Positions 1-11,300 of a DNA stretch of 64,000 nucleotides are shown piece after piece (position 1 is the stretch's first letter; every line of letters begins with the position of its first letter). The notes below the pieces were generated by a model. The model searched no databases. It worked only from the letters and a program-made list of their open reading frames with translations, and was not told the DNA's origin. Source of the stretch: an uncultured Pseudomonadota bacterium. Its GTDB lineage: Bacteria; Oederibacteriota; Muellerivitia; Muellerivitales; Muellerivitaceae. The stretch is from contig CAVYRH010000026.1 in assembly GCA_963770835.1 (NCBI GenBank), positions 32,001 through 96,000 of the forward strand. The letters run 5' to 3'. The position numbers and the translations under genes are program-made.

Positions 1-2
1 AC

Positions 3-1502
3 AACCTGTTCCAGCAAACCTCGCTTCGCACGTCGTTTGGCATCATCATGCTGGCGCTCGTCAACGGCCAGCCGCGCGTCCTGAACTTGAAAGGCCTCCT
101 CTACCACTACCTGGAGCACCGCAAGGAAGTGGTCATCCGCCGCACCAAGTTCGACCTGGACAAGGCCGAAAAGCGCGCCCATATCTTGGAAGGCTTGCGC
201 ATCGCGGTCGACAACCTGGACAAGGTCATCAAGACCATCCGTTCCTCCAAGTCCACCGAGGAAGCCAAGGAAGCCCTCATCAAGAATTTCGAGCTCTCGC
301 CCATCCAGGCCCAGGCCATCCTCGAAATGCAGCTGCGCCAGTTAACCAGCCTGGAAATCAAGAAGATCGAGGACGAGTACAAGGAAATCATCAAGACCAT
401 CGAAGTGTTGAAGGGCATCCTGGCCTCGGAGAAAAAACTCTGGCAGGTCATCAAGGACGAATTGACCGAGATCAAGACCAAATATGCCGATCCCCGCCGC
501 TCCGAAATCATCGGAAAAGCCGAGGACATCAAGATCGAGGACCTCATCGAGGACGAGGCGTCGGTCATCACCCTCTCCCACGCGGGTTACATCAAGCGCA
601 TGCCCACCGACACCTACCACAAGCAGCGCCGCGGCGGGAAGGGCGTGGCCGGGGCCACCATGCGCGAGGAAGACTTCATCGAGCGCATGTACACGGCCTC
701 CACCCACGACTACCTGCTCATCTTCACCTCCCTCGGCAAGGTGCATTGGCTGAAGGTGTACGAGATCCCCGAGGCCTCCCGCTACGCCAAGGGCACGGCC
801 CTGGCCAACGTCCTGAAGCTCGGCGAGGGGGAGAAAATCTCGGCCGTGCTCCCGGTCAAGGAATTCAATGATAAGCATTCCATCCTCCTGGCCACCGAGC
901 AGGGCTTGATCAAGAACACCTCGCTCACGGCCTTCGACAAGCCCCGGGCGGGCGGCATCATCGCCATTACCCTCGGCAAGGGCGACAAGCTGGTTTCGGC
1001 CTTCATTACCGACGGCAAGCAGGACATCCTCCTGGCCACCAAACAGGGCAAGAGCATCCGTTTCCCCGAGAAACAAGTGAGGGAAGTGGGCCGGGCGGGC
1101 AAGGGTGTCAGGGGCATCCGCCTGGGCAAAAACGACATGGTCATCGGCATGGAAGTGGTCAAGGACGGGAAGTCGCTCTTAACGGCCACCGAAAAGGGCT
1201 TCGGCAAGCGCACCAAATTGAACGCCTACCGGCGCCAAGGCCGGGGAGGCAAGGGCATCCTCAGCATCAAAACCACGGTCAAAAACGGCCTGGCCGTCTC
1301 CATCGCCGCCGTGGGGGATGAAGACGAGATCATCGTCATGACCAAGGAAGGCAAGGTCATCCGGCAGCGGGTGAAGGAAATCAAGACCACGGGACGTTTG
1401 GCGCAGGGCGTCCGATTGATTAAAATGGGCGACGACGACCGGCTCGTGGCCGTCGTGAACGTGCCCAAGGTCGAGGAAGTGGAAGAAGAAGCGAAAGAAT
1501 AA
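3..1502 (+). CDS. gyrA: DNA gyrase subunit A, 5'-truncated by the window edge
   Basis: Frame open from position 3; RAHILEGL motif; C-terminal beta-pinwheel repeats; GyrA-box QRRGGKG present (distinguishes it from ParC); acidic tail. Confidence 0.96.
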   Translation, partial: NLFQQTSLRTSFGIIMLALVNGQPRVLNLKGLLYHYLEHRKEVVIRRTKFDLDKAEKRAHILEGLRIAVDNLDKVIKTIRSSKSTEEAKEALIKNFELSPIQAQAILEMQLRQLTSLEIKKIEDEYKEIIKTIEVLKGILASEKKLWQVIKDELTEIKTKYADPRRSEIIGKAEDIKIEDLIEDEASVITLSHAGYIKRMPTDTYHKQRRGGKGVAGATMREEDFIERMYTASTHDYLLIFTSLGKVHWLKVYEIPEASRYAKGTALANVLKLGEGEKISAVLPVKEFNDKHSILLATEQGLIKNTSLTAFDKPRAGGIIAITLGKGDKLVSAFITDGKQDILLATKQGKSIRFPEKQVREVGRAGKGVRGIRLGKNDMVIGMEVVKDGKSLLTATEKGFGKRTKLNAYRRQGRGGKGILSIKTTVKNGLAVSIAAVGDEDEIIVMTKEGKVIRQRVKEIKTTGRLAQGVRLIKMGDDDRLVAVVNVPKVEEVEEEAKE

Positions 1503-1508
1503 ACAAAA

Positions 1509-1641
1509 TTGAACCACAGAGTTCACGGAGTACACGCGCCCTGAAGCTATAAACCAGCTTCGAAGCACGGAGTAAGACAAAGAATTTTAAAATTTAAGAT
1601 TTAGGTTTAACTCTGTGACCTCTGTGTACTCTGTGGTTCAA
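1509..1641. repeat. Palindromic intergenic repeat, CACAGAG 9-mer family (inverted pair)
   Basis: ttgaaccacagagttcacggag... at the left and ...ctctgtgacctctgtgtactctgtggttcaa at the right; 1528-1572 is the exact reverse complement of 8136-8180. Confidence 0.9.
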
Positions 1642-1683
1642 GATGTTGTTTTCTGCGGTTAAAGATGTTTTTAAGGAAGTTCA

Positions 1684-4600
1684 TTGAAAAGTAAATATGT
1701 CCTCATCCTATTCCTCATCGGCGTAATGCCGGTCCTGGGACTCTTGGGCGTCTACGGCTGGATGGCCTTGACCCAGGCCCCGCCCCCCGAGCCCGTCACC
1801 CTCAGCGCCCCCGCCCTGCAAGCCACCGTTTCGGCCCTGCAAACCCAGGACCTCTCCATCGCTTCCTCGGTCAAGGCCGCCATCGAGACCGCCTACCAGG
1901 ACCTGGCCAAGCTGGTGGCCAACCACTCGGACGCGGATTACTCGAACTTCGTCTCCAGCCATTCGGGCTTGATGGGCGTGGCGGTTTTTTCCGCCAACGG
2001 GAAGCTTTTGAAAACCGTCCCCGCCACGGCCCAGCTGGCCGACCCGGCCTACGGCAGCTCGGACGAGTTCAAGGGCATGATGGCCAAGTTCAAGGACAAC
2101 GGGGGGCAGACCAACCTCTTTTTCACCCGGCGCCTCAGCTACCCGGCTTTCGTTTTCTCCGTCCCCCTTAGTTCCAACACGGTGGCGCAGGCGGTCATGA
2201 ACCTCGCCTCCTTCTTCGGCACCAGCGACCCGAGGAAAGGGGAGGTTTTCCTCATCGACGGCGACTCGGGGGAAGTTTTCTACCATTCCACCTCCGCCGA
2301 TTCCCAGTCCAGCTTCAACGCCGGCCAGGACCCCTTCCTTTCCAAGATCCAGGCCGACCTCGCGGCCAAAAAAAGCGGGTCGGAGCCCGACCCCCCCACC
2401 CGGATGGCGGTTTACACCACCCTGGGGATCAAATCCTTCGGCATGGTCCGCCTCCTGCCCTTGTCCGCCCTTCAACCGGCCTCCCGGCCCGCCGCCCAGC
2501 CCAAAGCCCCCTTGGATGCCCTGCAGGATATCTTTCAAACCCCCATCGGCATGCCCCTTTTAATCGCCGCCGCGGCGGCCTTGGGCTGGATCTTCCTGGT
2601 GGGGTCGATGGGCTTCGGCATGATCACCGCGTCCTTGCGAAAAGCCGGCGCGACGGTTTTGAACGCCGCCAAGGGAACCACCAAGCTCACGCCCGAGGTG
2701 GCCAAGCGGTTCGGGAACGATGAGGTGGGGCAGATCGTGCAAGCCTCCGCCCTCCTGATGCAAAAGCTGGAGGAGGACAGGGAACGCGCCACCGAGGAAA
2801 GGGATGAGACCCTCAAGCGGGGCCGCGCCGAATTGGACACTAAAACCCGCGAGGCGGGCAACCAGGCCGCGACGGCCCAACAACAAGCCCAGGCCGCCAA
2901 AAACGAATTAAGCGGGGTCAACCAGCAATTAAACGACAAGCTCAAGGAACTCGACGCCATGAAGGGCATGTCGGAGGGGCTCCGCAACCAAACCGAACAG
3001 GCCAAGGCCGAAATCGGTAAATTAAAGTCCCAGGTCACCGCCGCCGAGGACGCCAAAGCCGAGGCGCAGAAAAAACTGTCCCAGACCCAGGCCCAACTCG
3101 AGGACCAGTTGAAGGAAATGGAAGCCAAGATGCTTTCCACCGTGGCGGCCACCTCGGCCATCCAGGTGTCGAGCGTCCGGGCCGCCGCCATCCGGACCAT
3201 GTCCGAGGAACTGAAAACGACTTTGGGCATCATCAAGGGCTACGTCTCTTCCGCCCTGGGCACCGCCGCCGGCGGCATCAACGAAAAGCAGCAGGAGTTC
3301 CTGGGGATGGTCATCAACCGCTCGGCGCGGCTGGAAAAGTTCATCAACGACCTCGTGGACATCTACCAGGTGGAAATCGAGCAGGAGAAGGCCCCCCATG
3401 AGGAGGTCAACCTGCCTTCCGAAATCGAGTCCCTGGCCTTCAACTTCCAGGCCCAGGCCGATGTGAAGAACATCAAGATGAAGGTGGAAACGAAGGGGAC
3501 CATTCCCAAGGTGCCCGTGGTGCGCCGCCGTTTCAACCAGTTGTGGAACATCCTCTACCTGCAAGTCATCAAGGACGCTCCCCGGGGGTCCGCCATTCCC
3601 ATCACGGTGGAGTCCATCGGCGACAACGTCAAGATCACCATCCAAGACCCGGGCCTCACCGTCGCGCCCGAGGCCCTGCCCCGTCTCTTCGACGAGTTTT
3701 ACGATCCCAAACACACGGCCTCGCCCCAACTGGCGGGGACGGGCCTGAAATTCGCCCTCATCAAAACCATCCTGGCGGCCCATGGCGGCGGGGCGGTGGC
3801 GGAAAAGGGCGACCCCGGAACCCGCCTCCTATTGACCTTCTCGACCAAGATCAAAAAACCGGGGGAAATCCCCGCTCCCGTCATCGGGCTGCGTCCCGCG
3901 GCCACGCCGGCTCCCGGCCTAAAACCGCCCGCTCCGTCTTTCGGGGCGCCGAGGCCCCCGGCCCCAACGGGCATGCCAGGATCGGCCCCTCCGGGGCTTC
4001 CCAAACCGCCCATCGCCCCCCCTTCCTTTGGAATGCCCAAACCGGCGGTTCCGGCCGCGCCCGCCGCAACGGGTTCGGCTCCTCCGGCCGTCCCAGGGTT
4101 GGCAGGCTTTTCGCCGGCGGGGCCGAAGCCCCCGGCTTCCTCCCCGGGCCTTATGGATTCCCTGATCTCCAAAGTACCGTCCGTCAACGCCCCCGGCGTG
4201 AAACCACCGGTAGCCCCGGTGGCTCCCGCCGCCCCCGTCGCGCCCACGGCCACACCCGCCGCTCCCAAGCCCCCTGGAGCCGCCTCTTTCGGTATGGTTG
4301 GGTCGGCCCCCAAAGCCCCCGCACCCGCGGCCCCGGGAGCACCCCCCGCGGCCCCGAACCCCCCCGTTGCGCCGGGCACCCCCCCGGCTCTTGGAGCACC
4401 CAAACCCCCCTCCGCAACCTCCGGGTTATTAGATTCGCTCATGGGGAGTAAGCCACCAACGCCCACGTCGGCGGCGCCCCCGGCCATACCGGCCGCTCCC
4501 AAGCCCCCTGGAGCCGCCTCCTTCGGTATGGTTGGGTCGGCCCCCAAAGCCCCAACACCCCCGGGAGTGCCCCCCGCGGCCCCCTCCATTGGAGGTCCGC

Positions 4601-4989
4601 CGAAACCACCGGGTTTTCCCCCTAGTTTCGCCCCCAAGCCGGCCGCCCCGGTGGTGCCGGGCGCCCCTACCGCGCCAAGGCCGCCTATATCCATACCGGG
4701 AATGCCGGCCTCCGGCGCCCCCGTTGCGCCCAAGGTGATTCCCACCAACCTCAAACCCACGACCCCACCGCCGGGAATTTTGGATTTGGACAACGCGGAC
4801 GGCATGAAGCTGGATGCCGGCGCCCCCAAACCCCCGGCAGCCCCCCCCCTAGGAGCCCCCAGGCCTCCCATGCCGGGCGCTCCCCCCATGGGAGCCCCCA
4901 AACCTCCCGTACCCGGCGTTCCGCCGGGAGGGCTCGACGCCTCCAAGGCCCAAAAGGCCAAGGACGGTGAAGGGGAATTGATCGAATAG
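1684..4989 (+). CDS. Membrane sensor-like pseudo-histidine kinase (Cache-like/TM/HAMP-like/coiled coil/degenerate HisKA-HATPase) with long Pro/Ala-rich tail
   Basis: TTG start; two TM segments; H-box-like MSEELKTTLGIIKGY lacking His; DPGL, LFDEFY, GTGLKFAL, AHGG boxes; ~370-aa P/A/G-rich C-terminus. Confidence 0.8.
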   Translation: MKSKYVLILFLIGVMPVLGLLGVYGWMALTQAPPPEPVTLSAPALQATVSALQTQDLSIASSVKAAIETAYQDLAKLVANHSDADYSNFVSSHSGLMGVAVFSANGKLLKTVPATAQLADPAYGSSDEFKGMMAKFKDNGGQTNLFFTRRLSYPAFVFSVPLSSNTVAQAVMNLASFFGTSDPRKGEVFLIDGDSGEVFYHSTSADSQSSFNAGQDPFLSKIQADLAAKKSGSEPDPPTRMAVYTTLGIKSFGMVRLLPLSALQPASRPAAQPKAPLDALQDIFQTPIGMPLLIAAAAALGWIFLVGSMGFGMITASLRKAGATVLNAAKGTTKLTPEVAKRFGNDEVGQIVQASALLMQKLEEDRERATEERDETLKRGRAELDTKTREAGNQAATAQQQAQAAKNELSGVNQQLNDKLKELDAMKGMSEGLRNQTEQAKAEIGKLKSQVTAAEDAKAEAQKKLSQTQAQLEDQLKEMEAKMLSTVAATSAIQVSSVRAAAIRTMSEELKTTLGIIKGYVSSALGTAAGGINEKQQEFLGMVINRSARLEKFINDLVDIYQVEIEQEKAPHEEVNLPSEIESLAFNFQAQADVKNIKMKVETKGTIPKVPVVRRRFNQLWNILYLQVIKDAPRGSAIPITVESIGDNVKITIQDPGLTVAPEALPRLFDEFYDPKHTASPQLAGTGLKFALIKTILAAHGGGAVAEKGDPGTRLLLTFSTKIKKPGEIPAPVIGLRPAATPAPGLKPPAPSFGAPRPPAPTGMPGSAPPGLPKPPIAPPSFGMPKPAVPAAPAATGSAPPAVPGLAGFSPAGPKPPASSPGLMDSLISKVPSVNAPGVKPPVAPVAPAAPVAPTATPAAPKPPGAASFGMVGSAPKAPAPAAPGAPPAAPNPPVAPGTPPALGAPKPPSATSGLLDSLMGSKPPTPTSAAPPAIPAAPKPPGAASFGMVGSAPKAPTPPGVPPAAPSIGGPPKPPGFPPSFAPKPAAPVVPGAPTAPRPPISIPGMPASGAPVAPKVIPTNLKPTTPPPGILDLDNADGMKLDAGAPKPPAAPPLGAPRPPMPGAPPMGAPKPPVPGVPPGGLDASKAQKAKDGEGELIE
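4258..4552 (+). repeat. Intragenic ~60-bp direct repeat (4258-4320 and 4492-4552) encoding AAPKPPGAASFGMVGSAPKAP
   Basis: Near-identical DNA copies visible. Confidence 0.9.
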
Positions 4990-5020
4990 TTTCAGGATTT
5001 GAAACCGATGGACCCACCCA

Positions 5021-5049
5021 AGCCCCGGCAACCCCGGGGCTTTTTTATT
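5021..5049 (+). terminator. Rho-independent terminator
   Basis: aagccccgg-caacc-ccggggctt followed by a T-tract. Confidence 0.85.
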
Positions 5050-5079
5050 CAAAGAAACAAAGGCATTAGCCGCAAATTC

Positions 5080-5240
5080 GGGTAGTGCGTCAGTTTGAAA
5101 AGAAAATGTTACTCCACCCTCACCCCGCCCTCTCCCCTCAAGGGAGAGGGGGAAATACCGCTAAAAACCCTCGCCCCTTGTGGGAGAGGGTAGGGTGAGG
5201 GGTGCCTTAAGGTTGTCCAACTCAAACTGAGTCACTACCC
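5080..5240. mobile_element. 161-bp MITE-like element carrying a pair of CCCTCACCC-type hairpin repeats
   Basis: Terminal inverted repeats gggtagtgcgtcagtttga / tcaaactgagtcactaccc (17/19 match); AAATTC duplicated at 5074-5079 and 5241-5246; no ORF. Confidence 0.85.
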
Positions 5241-5451
5241 AAATTCACGCAAATTTCCGCGGTTAAGACAAAAGAATCCCCAGCTTCACCGGTTTTACTA
5301 GCGGCCGGGTTCCGTTTTTAACAAGCTTTTCATTTACCCTTTTGGCCGGATGTTATACTTTGTCACTGTTTCCCGCCGCCACCTTCCTCTCAACGCGCTT
5401 CGATCGCTTTAGGGAAATTTTCAGGTAATCCCCGTTGAAAAGGAAAAAGCC

Positions 5452-6939
5452 ATGAAGAAACTTCTCAAAGCCGTCCTATTATTCGCCACCGGAGGGATGC
5501 TGTTCCTCCAAATGGGTTGTCCCGGCAAGAGCAATGGCCCCACCGCGCCCTCTTCCAACCCCCCCACCAATACCTTCACCGCCGTTCCCTCCGCCACGGC
5601 CACCAACAGCGCGACGAATAGCGCCACTTCCACGCCCTCGGGAACGGCCACGAAAACCGCCACTTTGACGCAGACGGGCACCACCCCTCCCACGGCCACT
5701 TTCACCGCGACGGGCACCGCCACCAAAACACCCACCGCCAGCCCCACGAACACGCCCATCGCCACGGGCACTTCCACCCCGACCGCGACCCCTTCCGCCA
5801 CCTTCACCCTCACCGCCACACTTACCGCCACCGGAACCCCCACCCTCACTTCCACGGATACTTCCACGGGCACGCCTACGGAGTCCTCCACTAATTCCGC
5901 CACTTCCACGCCCAGCTCCACCCCCACCGACAGCGCGACGGCCACCAGCACCAACACAGCGACCGCGACGCCGACGTTGACGCCGACCAATACATCGACG
6001 GCTACGCCGTCGAGTACTCCTACGGGCACGGCGACGTTGACGGCCACCAACAGCCCCACCGCGACCACCACCAACACGGCCACCCTCACTCCCACGCCCA
6101 CCATCACCCCTACGCCCTTAGTCATCACCTACTCGGAGGGCAGCGGGGCCGGCACCGGGCTGGGACAATTCAATAATTCGGAAGGGGTCGCCGTCACCAT
6201 CTCCGGCGGCGTGACGACCATCTACGTGGCGGACACCAACAACAACCGCCTCCAGGTCTATTCCAGCTCCACTTCCACCTGGACCACCATCGGCGGCACC
6301 GCCAACGGGTCCGGCCAAGGCCAGTTCTACACCCCCGTGGGGCTCGCCTTGGATGCCTCGGGCAACCTTTACGTGGCCGATTACAACAACAGCCGCATCC
6401 AGGAACTGAGCGGGGGCGTTTGGAGCACCCTCTCCCTGGGCAGCGGGAGCACGGCGGGCCATTTCAGCCAGCCGACGGGGGTCGCCGTTGATTCCACCGG
6501 CAACCTTTTCACCGCCGACACGTCGAATAAGACCATCCAGGAATATTCGGGAGGGACCTGGTCGCTCCTGGCCGCCTACCCCGGCAATAAGCCCTGGGGC
6601 ATCGCGGTGGACGCCTCGGACAACCTTTACGTTTCCGATTACTCGGGCGACACCCTCTATAAGCTCACCGGCACGACCTGGACGGTTTTCGCGGGCTCGG
6701 CGGGCTCCGGCGCGGGCCAGTTCATCCAGCCCGCGGGCATCGCCTTGGATTCGTCGGGCAATCTTTTCGTGGCCGACCTCTCGAACAACCGGGTCCAGGA
6801 ATTCGGTTCCTCGGGCAGCTACTTGAACGAGATCAAGTCGCTGGCCTCCCCCTACGCGGTGGCCGTGGATAATTTGGGCCGGGTCTATGTCGACGACACC
6901 GCCAACAACCGCGTCGCGGTCTTCACTTACGCGCCTTGA
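5452..6939 (+). CDS. Putative surface lipoprotein with Thr/Pro-rich stalk and C-terminal NHL-repeat beta-propeller
   Basis: Signal peptide ending LQMGC; ~190-aa T/P/A/S region; repeated GxAVDxxGNLYVAD..NNR. Confidence 0.88.
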   Translation: MKKLLKAVLLFATGGMLFLQMGCPGKSNGPTAPSSNPPTNTFTAVPSATATNSATNSATSTPSGTATKTATLTQTGTTPPTATFTATGTATKTPTASPTNTPIATGTSTPTATPSATFTLTATLTATGTPTLTSTDTSTGTPTESSTNSATSTPSSTPTDSATATSTNTATATPTLTPTNTSTATPSSTPTGTATLTATNSPTATTTNTATLTPTPTITPTPLVITYSEGSGAGTGLGQFNNSEGVAVTISGGVTTIYVADTNNNRLQVYSSSTSTWTTIGGTANGSGQGQFYTPVGLALDASGNLYVADYNNSRIQELSGGVWSTLSLGSGSTAGHFSQPTGVAVDSTGNLFTADTSNKTIQEYSGGTWSLLAAYPGNKPWGIAVDASDNLYVSDYSGDTLYKLTGTTWTVFAGSAGSGAGQFIQPAGIALDSSGNLFVADLSNNRVQEFGSSGSYLNEIKSLASPYAVAVDNLGRVYVDDTANNRVAVFTYAP

Positions 6940-6970
6940 GGCGCCCGGGGGGAACCATCGAAGCAAAAAT

Positions 6971-7064
6971 TAACCGCCGATCAAATCCGATGGACGCCGA
7001 TCAGCTTTAAAAAGCCTTGAGCGATAAGCCGTAATCGGCGTTTATCGGCCGTTATCGGCGGTTA
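6971..7064. repeat. Palindromic intergenic repeat, ATCGGCG ~10-mer family
   Basis: taaccgccgat...gacgccgat at the left; gtaatcggcg-tttatcggcc-gttatcggcg-gtta at the right. Confidence 0.8.
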
Positions 7065-7142
7065 AATATTTTTGGAATTTTGGATTCTTTTGTACTTGTT
7101 TTGTTGGAATACCACCTAACTATCCAGTGGAGGGCGGGAACC

Positions 7143-7982
7143 ATGGGAAAAACGAAAATCTTCTTAACCGCGCTGGGCCTGGCGGCCTTGGGGCTCACCG
7201 GCTGCGGTACCACCAAAGTCACCGTCAATCCCGGCACCCTGGATTTAGGCTACACCTGGATCGGCCAAAAGTCCGGCAGCGCTCCGGCCACCTGGACCAA
7301 TACCGCCAGCAAAACGGTCACCCTCACCATGCCGAAACTGGCGCCGGTCTCGACCTTTTACTACACGGGCAATCCCATCTTCAACGACACCCTGGGGCCC
7401 CTCGACAAGGCTTGGGCCTCGTTTTTGGCCATCCCCCGCGAGGCCGGCCCGGCCACCCTGGAAGTCGTCCCCACTAATCTTCAATCGGTCAACGTGGATC
7501 CGGTCCTCTTGAAGGTCGTGGGGTTGAGCCGCTTGGAAAAGGGGGGCGTGACGCTGGGCGGGGGCTTTATCTATTCACTGCCGCCTACCCCGGCCGACGC
7601 CATCGGCCCCACGGGAGGGCCCAACAACGGCCCGCTGGATTTTAAGACCATCCCGGTGGGCATGCACCGCGAGAAGACCATCGCGTTCGAGAACTCCACC
7701 GCCAATGCCCTGACCTTGAACGTCTTCTGGCAGCCCTGGGCCTGGCCCATCATCACGACGACCCCCTTCACGGCCTCCTTGACCACGGGCGGCAAGCCCC
7801 TAACCACCATTACGATCCCAGCCCACGATTCCTATACGCTCATCGTGTCCTTCTGGCCCAAGCAAGCGGGCACCTATGACGCCAATTTGTTCGTGATGGA
7901 CGCGCCCAACCTTAACCAAACGGCCAATGCCGCCAACCTGGCGGCCATCAGCGTCAGGGGAGCCGCCGTGGCGGGGGATTAA
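7143..7982 (+). CDS. Putative lipoprotein with Ig-like (ASH/choice-of-anchor D-like) domains
   Basis: Lipobox LTGC; LDFKTIPVG...F.N...VSFWPKQAGTYDANL pattern. Confidence 0.75.
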   Translation: MGKTKIFLTALGLAALGLTGCGTTKVTVNPGTLDLGYTWIGQKSGSAPATWTNTASKTVTLTMPKLAPVSTFYYTGNPIFNDTLGPLDKAWASFLAIPREAGPATLEVVPTNLQSVNVDPVLLKVVGLSRLEKGGVTLGGGFIYSLPPTPADAIGPTGGPNNGPLDFKTIPVGMHREKTIAFENSTANALTLNVFWQPWAWPIITTTPFTASLTTGGKPLTTITIPAHDSYTLIVSFWPKQAGTYDANLFVMDAPNLNQTANAANLAAISVRGAAVAGD

Positions 7983-8007
7983 GGCAGGGTGACCGGGTAC
8001 CTTGAAG

Positions 8008-8192
8008 CAAAGGCATGAGCCGCAGATTCGCGCAGATTTTCGCGGTTTAGACAAAAAAATCCTTAATCTTTGCCATTTTTAACAGCGGCGATTTGCGTTG
8101 ATCAGCGGCCCAATGGTTTTGTTTTACTCTGTGCCCTCCGTGCTTCGAAGCTGGTTTATAGCTTCAGGGCGCGTGTACTCTGTGGTTCAACC
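8008..8192. repeat. Cluster of palindromic repeats (GCCGCAGATT family 8008-8110; CACAGAG family 8124-8192)
   Basis: Aligns with 5060-5079+5241-5280, 13249-13281, 58721-58846 and with 1509-1572, 14076-14111. Confidence 0.85.
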
Positions 8193-8363
8193 TTCTTCCG
8201 CCGTTGCCTAGGCCTTCTTCCAACCCACAAGACAGTTTTCGTGCGGTTTAAACTTGCGGGGTTCCCTTTTCCACGAAATTCACATAATTTTTCCCTGCCT
8301 TCCTCCAATCAAAGGATAGAATCCGACAAGTTTGGGACATTCTATCGGGGCATGGGAGGCCTT

Positions 8364-11300
8364 ATGTCGAATCAAAATCCGAAAACCATTTGGAACCGCG
8401 TTGGAATCCTGGTCCTGCTTGCCCTATTCCTCTGGCCCGCGCAAAGGGCCTTGACGCAAACCCAGGGCCGGCAGGTCCTCAAGGGGCACGTTCCCCAAGC
8501 CCTGGCCGGCTCCTCCCCCACCGGCGAGTTGACCGGGCAGGAAACCATCCCGGTGCTCATCGGCCTGGCCCCGAAAAATTCCACGGCCCTCGCCCAATTT
8601 TTGAAGGACGCCTACGACCCCCAAAGCCCGAAGCACGGGCGCTTCCTTAAAAAAGGCCAGTTCGCCAAAAGGTTCGGCCCCACCGCCGCCGATTACCAGA
8701 AGGTGGAGGATTTCGCCAAGTCCAACGGCCTCACCATCGTCCACACCCACGCCAGCCGCACGGCCCTTTTGGTCAGCGGCAATTCCGCGCAAATCCAGAA
8801 GGCCTTCCACGTGCGCCTGCATTTTTACAAGCGCAAGGACGGCAGCCGGTTCTTCGCGCCCGACGGCGAGCCCTCGCTGGACCTGGACGTGCCGATCCTG
8901 CACTTGACCGGGCTGGACAACTACACCCTACCCCGCCGAGTCCCGCGCAAACCCGCGTCGCCCATCGCCCGCAACCACAAGGCCCTTAAGACCGGCACGC
9001 TTTCGGTTTTAGGGTCCGGGCCCGAGGGCGCCTTCCTCGGCGACGACTTGCGCAACGCCTACGCCCCCAACGTGTCGCTCTCGGGCGCCGGGCAGACCCT
9101 GGGCCTCTTCGAGCTGGAGGGCTATGACGCCGCCGACATCGCCCAATACCAGGCCCTGGCCGGCCATCCGGGAAACCCGGTCACGGCGGTGCTGATCGAC
9201 GGGGCCACGGGCATCCCCCAGTCCGGCGGCCCGCCGCCCTACAACAACGACGTGGAAATCTCCATGGATATCGAGCTCGCCCTGGCCATGGCCCCCGGCC
9301 TCGCCCAGGTGCGCGTCTACGAGGGAAACCCCGGCGGCCTCGTCCTCAACGGCTTCAACGTCTATCCCGACGACGTGATGGCCAGCATGGCGGATGAGGA
9401 AACGGCCCAAGAGATCAGCTGTTCCTACAGCTTTTTCTCCGATACCACCACCGCGCTCATCCTCCAGCAGCTGGCCGCCCAGGGCCAGGCCTTCTTCGTT
9501 TCCTCGGGCGACGACGGCGCCTACCCCGTCGTGGGTGGATTGATCCAGGACGAAATTTTCGTGGCCTCGGTGGGCGGCACCACGATGGCCATGAACGGCA
9601 ACGGGGCTTCCTACGCCTCCGAATCGGCCTGGTCCGGCAGCGGGGGCGGCACCAGCGCCGACATGCCCCTGCCCTTCTTCCAAACGGGCCTGGCCACGGC
9701 CGCCAACGGGGGTTCTTCCACGCTGCGCAACTTCCCCGACGTTGCCGCCGCGGCCGAGAACATCTGCGTGGTGGCCACCAGCTTCACCCCCGGGGGAAAC
9801 CCCGTGCCGGGGCAGGTCTTCGATTCCGGCGGCACCAGCGCCTCCTCGCCCATCTGGGCGGGCTTCCTGGCCCTGGTCAACGAGCAGCGCTCCCATAACG
9901 GCCTCGCGCCCGTGGGGTTCCCCGACAACGCCCTCTACGCCGCGGCCGGGGGGCCCGACTACGCCGGCGACTTCCATGACATCACCACCGGCAACAACAA
10001 CAACGGCGGCGGCCCCTACTACAACGCGGTAACTGGCTACGACCTGGTCACGGGCTGGGGCAGCCCGGCGGGCCAAACCCTCATCAACGACCTCTGCCCC
10101 AATTGCACGCCCGCGGCCACCTCGACCGCCACCGCCGTCCCCACCGCCGGCGGCCCCCAGCCCACGCCCACCTCGGGCCCCTGCCTGAAGCTGGAAAAAG
10201 TGGTCGACGGCCTCGGCGAAGGTTTCCTCCCCACGGGGCTGGCCTTGGATTCCTCCGGCAACCTCTACGGGGTGAACGAATCCAACAACTACCTCGTGTT
10301 CCGGCTGACCTCCGGCGGCTCGCCCCTTTCCGGCACCTACGGAAGCTCGGGCACGGGCCCCGGCCAGTTCCAATACCCCTGGTCCGTGGCCGTGGACGCT
10401 TCCGGCAACGTCTTTGTCGTGGACTTGAACCTGCACCAGGTGGATAAATTCACATCCTCGGGCGACTTCACCGCGGCCTTTGGCGGCGGCACCATGTCCT
10501 ACCCGGGGGACATCGCCTGCGACAGCTCGGGCAACGTCTTCGTGGCCGACTCCGTCAACCAGACGGTCTTCAAATTCAACAACAGCGGGGCCTTGCTGGG
10601 GCAGATTTCCACGCCCGGCACCGGGCCGGGCCAGTTGAACCAGCCCGCCGGCGTAGGCCTGGATTCCTCCGACAACCTTTACGTGATGGACATCGGCAAC
10701 AGCCGCATCGAGGTCTTCAATTCCGCGGGCAGCTATGTCACCCAATGGGGTTCCAACGGCTCCGGCCCGGGCCAGTTCGGCACCCCGGCCTTCGGGGCCA
10801 TCAATCCCGTTTGCCTGGGCGGCCCCGGGCTGGTCTACGCCATGGACTCGGGCAACAGCCGGGTACAGATTTTCACCACCACGGGCACTTACCTGGGCCA
10901 GATCGCGGGTTACGGGTTCACCGAACCTTTCGGCCTCGCCGCCAACGGCTCCCGCCTTTACGTCTCGGACAGCCGCAACAGCAACCTCTATATCTTCGAC
11001 ATCGGCAACTGCCCGTCGGGGCCCCAGACCCCTCCCCCGACGCCCACGGGCTCCGTGACGCCCACGCCGGTCCCCACCGGGGCCAACACGCCCACGGTCA
11101 CCAGCACCCCCACGCTCCCCTGCGTGCCCACCGGGGCGACGTGGAGCCCGGGCACCACCTCGGCGGCTTTCCTGGGCCGCTCGGACTTCGGGTCCGCGGT
11201 TTATAACAGCCGCATGTGGATCTTCGGGGGCGAGACCCTGAACCCCCCCGGGCCGATCTACGACACCACCTCCGACGACGTCTGGTCTTCCGCCGACGGG

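Noticed and set aside
8070..8363. 98-aa N-terminal extension of the S53 ORF
   Set aside because: Reads through intergenic repeats; RBS and signal peptide point to ATG 8364
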